Source: a bacterium
GTDB lineage: Bacteria > Hydrothermota > Tepidihabitantia > Tepidihabitantales > Tepidihabitantaceae
Direction of reading: 5' to 3'
DNA length: 11,009 nt
Assembly (NCBI GenBank): GCA_046485285.1
Contig: JAWOHE010000090.1
Location: 1 to 11,009, forward strand
Positions 6,624-11,009 of this stretch are shown piece by piece (position 1 is the first letter of the stretch; each line of letters starts with the position of its first letter). A program made the translations under genes and the position numbers. Below the pieces are notes generated by a model, which worked only from the letters and a program-made list of their open reading frames with translations, had not been told where the DNA came from and searched no databases.

Positions 6624-6857
6624 TCAGTCCCCGATTCGGCAGGCCCCGTCGGCACAGGGCGGCGCACCGCAGGGCTCCGACCGTCCGCAACAGGTTGACC
6701 CGCGCTCCCCGCCCATCCGCACCCCGGAATGGGCCGACAGCTTGCGCTCCATCCGCGCGCCGCAGTCCGGGCAGAGACATTCGGCGTCGGCCTCCGATAC
6801 CTTGCGCAGGTCCTCGACCTCGCGGCCGCACTTGCAGCGGTACTCATAGATCGGCAT
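6624..6857 (-). CDS. FmdB-family zinc-ribbon protein with Cys-rich tail
   Basis: MPIYEYRCKCG...CPDCG..MERKLS signature. ATG 6857 forms a TGATG overlap with the upstream stop. The tail is CCGRSEPCGAPPCADGAC. Confidence 0.88.
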   Translation of the reverse strand: MPIYEYRCKCGREVEDLRKVSEADAECLCPDCGARMERKLSAHSGVRMGGERGSTCCGRSEPCGAPPCADGACRIGD

Positions 6858-7069
6858 CAGCTCGCCCTTGCCATCAGGCTTCCACATTTCGGGCACTTCA
6901 CGTTGCTGCATGGAACACCGCGTTGATGAGGTGCCTTTGCACCACAGGCCGGGCAGACACACTGCCCGCCTGTTCCGGCGCCAATTCCGCGGCCCAGCGC
7001 GCCACCGCCCATTCCCCGGCCGGTCCTCGGTCCCTGGCCTCTTGGGCCGGTTCCGTCTCTTCCAGGCAT
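6857..7069 (-). CDS. Small Gly-rich DUF5320-like protein with Cys-rich zinc-finger-like C-terminus
   Basis: AGGAGG RBS before ATG 7069. N-terminus MPGRDGTGPRGQGPRTGRGMG; C-terminus CVCPACG...HQRGVPC...CPKCG. Confidence 0.82.
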   Translation of the reverse strand: MPGRDGTGPRGQGPRTGRGMGGGALGRGIGAGTGGQCVCPACGAKAPHQRGVPCSNVKCPKCGSLMARAS

Positions 7070-7083
7070 GATTCCTCCTTGCA

Positions 7084-7449
7084 TCAGCAAGAGTGCTGAT
7101 GAGTACCGTCACCTCTTGAATTATGGTCGCAGGTTGAACTGCCCGCGGTCAGGTTGCCTGCCGCGTACTGCTCCAGGACCGCCGCAACTGGCCCTGATAT
7201 CCCCATGCACATCTCGATGTTCTGCTCGGCAAAGAGCGCCTGGGCGCGCGGCCCCGCCCCGCCGCAGATTATCACCTTCGCGCCCTTCTCGGCCAGGAAC
7301 CTGGGCAGGAAGCCCGGCTCGTGCCCGGGGTTTGGAACCAAGTCAGTCTTCACCACCCTGCCGTCCTCGATCTCGGCCAGTGTGTACTCGGAACAGCGGC
7401 CGAAGTGGGCCGATACCATTCCGTTGTCGGTCGCAACCGCAACTTTCAC
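7084..7449 (-). CDS. NifB/NifX (dinitrogenase FeMo-co biosynthesis) family protein
   Basis: KVAVAT...VSAHFGRC, PNPGH, IICGGAGPRA, and a His-containing tail. Confidence 0.9.
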   Translation of the reverse strand: MKVAVATDNGMVSAHFGRCSEYTLAEIEDGRVVKTDLVPNPGHEPGFLPRFLAEKGAKVIICGGAGPRAQALFAEQNIEMCMGISGPVAAVLEQYAAGNLTAGSSTCDHNSRGDGTHQHSC

Positions 7450-8264
7450 TTTGCCTCCGATTCGATGACTCGCTCGACCACTTCGAGAAGGACCTTGCTC
7501 GCCGGCGAATCCGGGTGGGCGCTGACGAGCGGTAGACCCTCGTCGCCCGACCCGACCATCGCCGGGTCAATCGGCACCTTGCCCAGCAGCGGCACAAGCA
7601 TCTCGCGCGCCATCGCGCCGCCGCCACCGGACTTGAACAGCTCGATCTCCCTGCCGCAGTGCGGGCATGTGAGCCCGCTCATGTTCTCGACCACACCGAG
7701 CACCTTGAGCTTCAGCATCTCGGCGAACTTCACCGCCCGCCGGGTGTCCATCAGCGCGACCTCCTGCGGCGTGGTCACGACCAGCGCCGCGGTTGCCGGG
7801 ATGAGCTGGGCGACGGTCAGCGGCTCGTCGCCGGTGCCGGGCGGCGAGTCGATTACCAGCCAGTCGAGGTCGCCCCAGTCGACGTCGCCGAGGAACTGCA
7901 TTATCACCCGCATCTTCATCGGCCCGCGCCAGACCACCGGCAGGTCCTTCCCCTCAAGCAGATAGGCCATCGAGACCAGCTTGATGCCGTGGGCCGCGTC
8001 GACCGGCCTGATCTTCTCGCCCGGGGTCATCCCGAGCGACTCGCCCTCGGCGCCCAGCATCTTCGCGACGTTCGGGCCGTGGATGTCGACGTCGAGCATC
8101 CCGACCCGGCGACCCTTGAGCGCGAGCCCGACCGCGACGTTGACCGCGACCGTCGATTTGCCTACCCCGCCCTTGCCGCTGAACACCAGCAGGCGGTTGC
8201 GGATTCGGCCGAGCGTGTCGTCGATCTTCGCCTGGTCCTTCGGGTCAATCCCGGGCGCGGACAT
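7446..8264 (-). CDS. mrp: Mrp/ApbC/NBP35 Fe-S cluster carrier ATPase
   Basis: SGKGGVGKST, DVDIHGPN, VVWRGPMK, WGDLDWLVIDSPPGTGDE, VTTPQ, ENMS..CPHC. Start at 8264 or 8267. Confidence 0.95.
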   Translation of the reverse strand: MSAPGIDPKDQAKIDDTLGRIRNRLLVFSGKGGVGKSTVAVNVAVGLALKGRRVGMLDVDIHGPNVAKMLGAEGESLGMTPGEKIRPVDAAHGIKLVSMAYLLEGKDLPVVWRGPMKMRVIMQFLGDVDWGDLDWLVIDSPPGTGDEPLTVAQLIPATAALVVTTPQEVALMDTRRAVKFAEMLKLKVLGVVENMSGLTCPHCGREIELFKSGGGGAMAREMLVPLLGKVPIDPAMVGSGDEGLPLVSAHPDSPASKVLLEVVERVIESEAK

Positions 8265-8638
8265 CACCGCCCTCCCATCCCGTGGTGCGCGGGCCCTGTC
8301 GGCCCGTCCGCGCTGCGGAGTTCGCCACGGTTCAGCGCCGCGACCGCCTCGGCCACCGTCCCGGCCGCGCCCGTGTACACCGGGACGACGGCCGCGTGCA
8401 GCGTCGCGAACGCCTTCGGACCGCAGTTGCCGGTCACGACCGCGCCAACGCCGCGGTCGGCCAGCATCTGCGCGACCTGGACCCCGACGCCGCTGCCCGA
8501 CTCGGCCGCGGTGTTGGGAACTGCCTCGCTCGCCATCGTCTCCGTGTCAATGAACTGGAAGTAAGCGCACCGGCCGAACCGCTCGTCGACGGCCGCGTCG
8601 AGACCCGGGCCGACGGCACTAACGGCTACCTTCATCAT
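8264..8638 (-). CDS. NifB/NifX family protein, orange-protein (ORP)-like
   Basis: KVAVSA.G..LDA.VDERFGRC.YF, G.GVQVAQ, VTGNCGPKAF..L, ending HHGMGG. Confidence 0.9.
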   Translation of the reverse strand: MMKVAVSAVGPGLDAAVDERFGRCAYFQFIDTETMASEAVPNTAAESGSGVGVQVAQMLADRGVGAVVTGNCGPKAFATLHAAVVPVYTGAAGTVAEAVAALNRGELRSADGPTGPAHHGMGGR

Positions 8639-9044
8639 CTCCTCCTGTGTCCTGCGCGTTCACCGACTGGCCGCACCGCGGGCAATCGGACGCGCTGTCT
8701 TCGGGCATCTCTTCCCATTCGAAGCCGCAGTCGCGGCAGCGAATGCCGGCCAGTTGCTGCACCCCGGCGCCGCGTTCGAACACCAGCGCCTTGCCGTTGA
8801 GCAGTGCGTCCGCGACCTTGCGCCGGGCGGCTGACAGTATCCGGCCAAATGTCTGCCGGGAGACCTTCATGCTCTCGGCCCCGTCCTCCTGGTATCCGCC
8901 TTCAAGGTCGGCGAGCCGCAGCGCCTCGACCTCGTCGAGGGTCAGCACGACCGTCGCAAGCGACCGCATCGGCACGCCCCGGGGCTTGAACGACATGCTG
9001 GCCGGCCGGCCCAGCACCCAGCGACACCGCCTGGGCCGAGGCAT
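8619..9044 (-). CDS. DUF134 putative HTH DNA-binding protein with C-terminal zinc ribbon
   Basis: MPRPRRCR, FKP.G.P, LTLDEVEALRLADLEG..QE..A..M.VSRQTF.RIL..AR.KVADAL.NGKAL, then CRDCGFEW...CPRCG. Confidence 0.93.
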   Translation of the reverse strand: MPRPRRCRWVLGRPASMSFKPRGVPMRSLATVVLTLDEVEALRLADLEGGYQEDGAESMKVSRQTFGRILSAARRKVADALLNGKALVFERGAGVQQLAGIRCRDCGFEWEEMPEDSASDCPRCGQSVNAQDTGGDDEGSR

Positions 9045-9056
9045 CAGCCAGCCAAT

Positions 9057-9084
9057 CCTATAATGAGCATATGCTCATTATAGG
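9057..9084. promoter_or_regulatory. Perfect 28-bp palindrome, putative operator
   Basis: CCTATAATGAGCAT|ATGCTCATTATAGG, 12 bp upstream of the DUF134 start. Confidence 0.88.
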
Positions 9085-9104
9085 CCGAGGCTCCCGACTG
9101 TCAA
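9077..9104 (-). promoter_or_regulatory. Consensus sigma70 promoter of the DUF134 operon
   Basis: TTGACA (9104-9099), 16-nt spacer, TATAAT (9082-9077). Confidence 0.85.
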
Positions 9105-9130
9105 ACCTGCGCTTCCGGCGAGGCGCTGAG

Positions 9131-9158
9131 TTGACATTCGTCCGCCTTGACTTACACT
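9131..9158 (+). promoter_or_regulatory. Putative arsR promoter
   Basis: TTGACA (9131-9136), 16-nt spacer, TACACT (9153-9158). Confidence 0.7.
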
Positions 9159-9164
9159 CAGACC

Positions 9165-9584
9165 GTGTTCGGACGTGGCCGCGGTCGCCATCACCGGGGC
9201 GGTGGTGCCCGGATGTTCCGTCTGCTGGGCACGGAAACCCGTCACGACATTATCGAAATACTCCGAGCCGGACCCCAGCCGGTCAACGAGATTGCCCGGC
9301 GGCTCGGCATAACCCAGCCCGCGACATCGCAACACCTCGCCGTCCTGCGCGAAGCCGGCTTCGTCACCGACCGCCGCCAGGGCCAGCAAGTCTTCTACGC
9401 CTTGGAGCCCGCCCCCCTCGCGCGCTACCAGCTCGGCTCCGCAGCCCTTGGCGTCAGGCTGTCGACCCGGTCCAGCGCCGAGGCCCTGGCCCAGTACCGG
9501 GACTTCCTGCGCCGGGAACTGGAACGCGTCGAACGCGAAATCACCGGTCGCGGGGAAGATGACGGACAAGACAAAGAAGCTTGA
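9165..9584 (+). CDS. ArsR/SmtB family transcriptional regulator with C-terminal coiled coil
   Basis: FRLLG.ETR..II..L..GP..VNEIARRLGITQPATSQHLAVLREAGFV...RQGQ.VFY.L. The TTG at 9147 lies inside the promoter, so GTG 9165 (leaderless) or ATG 9213 is more likely. Confidence 0.92.
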   Translation: MFGRGRGRHHRGGGARMFRLLGTETRHDIIEILRAGPQPVNEIARRLGITQPATSQHLAVLREAGFVTDRRQGQQVFYALEPAPLARYQLGSAALGVRLSTRSSAEALAQYRDFLRRELERVEREITGRGEDDGQDKEA

Positions 9585-9627
9585 CGGCAACCCCCTTTTC
9601 CTTATTATATAGGCAGATGCTTATATA
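9581..9627 (+). promoter_or_regulatory. Promoter plus ArsR-type inverted-repeat operator upstream of DUF5320
   Basis: TTGACG (9581-9586), 16-nt spacer, TATTAT (9603-9608). The inverted repeat TATATAGGCA-GA-TGCTTATATA (9606-9627, 9/10 match) has the AT-rich n-2-n layout typical of ArsR/SmtB sites. Confidence 0.72.
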
Positions 9628-9660
9628 CGCATATTACTGCATAACCGAAAGGAGTTCGAA

Positions 9661-9999
9661 ATGCCTCGTGGAGACAGGACCGGACCGATGGGACTCGGGC
9701 CGATGAGCGGCCGGGGTCTCGGCCACTGCGCCGGCTTCGGCCAGCCCGGCTTCGTGAGCGGCGGCTGGGGTGGCGGAATGGGACGCGGCCGCGGGATGGG
9801 CTGGGGTCGCGGGATGGGCTGGGGTCGCGCTGCCTGGGGCATCACGGCCGTGCCTCCGACTGCAGCGCCGGGCTACTGGCCACGCCAGTTCCCGACCCAG
9901 TCCGAAGCCCGTAAGGATCTCGAGACTTACCGCGACCAGCTCCGCCGTGAACTGGAGGGCGTCGAGCAGTCCCTGACCGAGGACAAACCAGGTAACTGA
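9661..9999 (+). CDS. DUF5320 domain protein
   Basis: AAGGAG RBS. MPRGDRTGPMGLGPMSGRGLGHCAG, Gly/Arg-rich GRGMGW repeats, and a C-terminal coiled coil. Confidence 0.9.
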   Translation: MPRGDRTGPMGLGPMSGRGLGHCAGFGQPGFVSGGWGGGMGRGRGMGWGRGMGWGRAAWGITAVPPTAAPGYWPRQFPTQSEARKDLETYRDQLRRELEGVEQSLTEDKPGN

Positions 10000-10013
10000 C
10001 CAGGCCGACTCCC

Positions 10014-10041
10014 GGGGCGGCCCGGAGTACCGGGCCGCCCC
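10014..10041 (+). terminator. GC-rich hairpin, probable terminator or stabiliser
   Basis: GGGGCGGCCCGG-AGTA-CCGGGCCGCCCC is a perfect 12-bp stem just after the DUF5320 stop. There is no U-tract. Confidence 0.6.
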
Positions 10042-10058
10042 TGCTCCTCCCCGCCCGC

Positions 10059-10087
10059 TTGACTTCCTGCCCGCTCTCGGCTAGATT
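10059..10087 (+). promoter_or_regulatory. Putative tRNA promoter
   Basis: TTGACT (10059-10064), 17-nt spacer, TAGATT (10082-10087), 8 nt before the tRNA. Confidence 0.6.
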
Positions 10088-10095
10088 CTATTCAC

Positions 10096-10169
10096 GCGCC
10101 CGTAGCTCAGTTGGATAGAGCGTCAGACTCCGGATCTGAAGGCCACGCGTTCAAATCGCGTCGGGCGCT
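10096..10169 (+). tRNA. tRNA-Arg(CCG)
   Basis: Acceptor stem GCGCCCG/CGGGCGC, D arm GCTC-AGTTGGATA-GAGC, anticodon arm TCAGA-CTCCGGA-TCTGA (CCG at 10130-10132), T arm ACGCG-TTCAAAT-CGCGT. CCA is not encoded. Confidence 0.97.
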
Positions 10170-10177
10170 TTGCGGGA

Positions 10178-10260
10178 AAGGGTTCAAGGGTCAAGGTGAG
10201 CAGGCCGGTCCGGTCACCTGCGCCTTCGTCCCTTCAGTCCTCTGTCCCTCTGTCCCTTTC
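10178..10260. repeat. Short intergenic degenerate 7-8-bp repeats forming an imperfect inverted repeat
   Basis: GGGTTCAAGGGTCAAGG on the left, and ccttcgtc ccttcagt cctctgtc cctctgtc on the right. It resembles 1418-1444. Confidence 0.5.
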
Positions 10261-10271
10261 TCTCGGAGCTT

Positions 10272-10790
10272 ATGGATTTCTATGATGTCGTCCGCAAGCG
10301 ATTGAGCGTCCGCGCATACCGGCCGGACCCGGTCCCCGAGGACGCACTCGCCCGCATCCTCGAAGCCGGGCGGCTCGCGCCCTCGGCCAAGAACCTCCAG
10401 CCCTGGAAGTTCGTCATCGTCACCGACCCGCAACAGCGCGAGCTGCTCGTCCCGGCCTGCCGGGGCCAGAAGTTCATCGCCGAGGCACCGGTCGTCATCT
10501 GTGGCTGCGCGGTCGAATCCGAGGCCTGGGGCGGGATGGGCGGCTACTGGAGCGCCGAGGCGGTCGATGTGACCATCGCGCTCGAGCACATGATTCTCGC
10601 CGCGGCCGCGGAAGGCCTCGGTACCTGCTGGATAGGAGCGTTCGTCGAGAACGAGGTCCGCAAGGTCCTCGGTATTCCCGAGGGAGTGAAACCGATTGCC
10701 CTCACCCCGCTCGGCTACCCGGCCCGGGAGGCAAAGCCCCGGGACCGAAAGTCGCTCTCCGAAATCACCTGCCGCGACCGGTTCAGCTGA
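10272..10790 (+). CDS. Nitroreductase family protein
   Basis: R.SVRAY, ILEAGRLAPSAKNLQPWKF, LAAAAEGLGTCWIGAF, LGYP. GGAG RBS. Confidence 0.95.
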   Translation: MDFYDVVRKRLSVRAYRPDPVPEDALARILEAGRLAPSAKNLQPWKFVIVTDPQQRELLVPACRGQKFIAEAPVVICGCAVESEAWGGMGGYWSAEAVDVTIALEHMILAAAAEGLGTCWIGAFVENEVRKVLGIPEGVKPIALTPLGYPAREAKPRDRKSLSEITCRDRFS

Positions 10791-11009
10791 TACCGTCCCG
10801 CCGGTCGCGCGAGCGGACCGGGAAGTGTGCATTAATTCTGTTGAAGCCGAGTCTTGTATCTTCATGAATATCAGCGGGTTGGGGCGGTTTTTGCGTACAA
10901 TTCGCGTGTATGGCCATTTTACACGCGAGATCTTCATGTTGTCGCGCTGCTGTTTACCGTTTTGGCGAGCGCAGAAGACGGTGCACTAAGTGCGGACGGA
11001 CCTGGTCGG

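Noticed and set aside
3364-7112. Long N-terminal extensions in the ORF track (3364-4605, 4909-6117, 6624-7112) read as fusions
   Set aside because: The extensions overlap other recognisable genes. Internal starts with an RBS or stop/start overlaps explain them.
7084-8638. Nitrogen fixation cluster
   Set aside because: NifB/NifX-family domains are widespread in non-diazotrophs, and there is no nifHDK or nifEN here.
2150-9063. Many long + strand and alternative-frame ORFs over the operon (e.g. 4852-5880, 5099-6037, 7659-8564)
   Set aside because: They are shadow ORFs typical of high-GC DNA, overlap well-supported genes, and show no family motifs.
9766-9840. GGGATGGGCTGGGGTCGC tandem repeat
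   Set aside because: It is explained by the Gly/Arg-rich coding repeats of DUF5320.
10096-10169. tRNA-Arg as the integration site of an island
   Set aside because: I found no duplicate of the tRNA 3' end in the window, and the 21-bp repeat does not match it.
10696-11009. ORFs 10696-10989 (+) and 10191-10937 (-), or an ncRNA in the lower-GC tail
   Set aside because: The ORFs overlap the nitroreductase and lack motifs. I recognised no RNA structure, so this is probably intergenic DNA upstream of a gene outside the window.

Overview
High-GC bacterial window. Gene style and the secreted-protein fragment suggest an anaerobe, possibly candidate phylum WOR-3 (inference only). From left to right: (1) the 5' end of a secreted repeat protein on the - strand; (2) an accessory segment (~230-2050) containing an 18-unit degenerate 12-bp-period array, a stand-alone 136-aa gene whose motif pattern matches the SIRV2/rudivirus (Adnaviria) major capsid protein, and a hicB-hicA toxin-antitoxin pair bracketed by perfect 21-bp direct repeats; (3) a tightly coupled 13-gene - strand operon (DUF134, NifB/NifX x2, Mrp/ApbC, DUF5320-zinc finger, FmdB zinc ribbon, two ferredoxin-insert MinD-type ATPases, IscU/NifU, DsrE-like, MBL hydrolase, DUF1847, SAM methyltransferase) that resembles 'orange protein' metal-sulfur cluster loci, with a consensus promoter overlapped by a perfect 28-bp palindrome; (4) divergent arsR and DUF5320 genes that share a near-identical C-terminal coiled coil, then tRNA-Arg(CCG) and a nitroreductase. 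The top finding is the archaeal-virus-like DNA-wrapping protein gene next to a DNA array whose 12-bp period equals the reported 12-bp-per-dimer footprint of that capsid fold. All family calls are by eye from recalled motifs; no searches were run.
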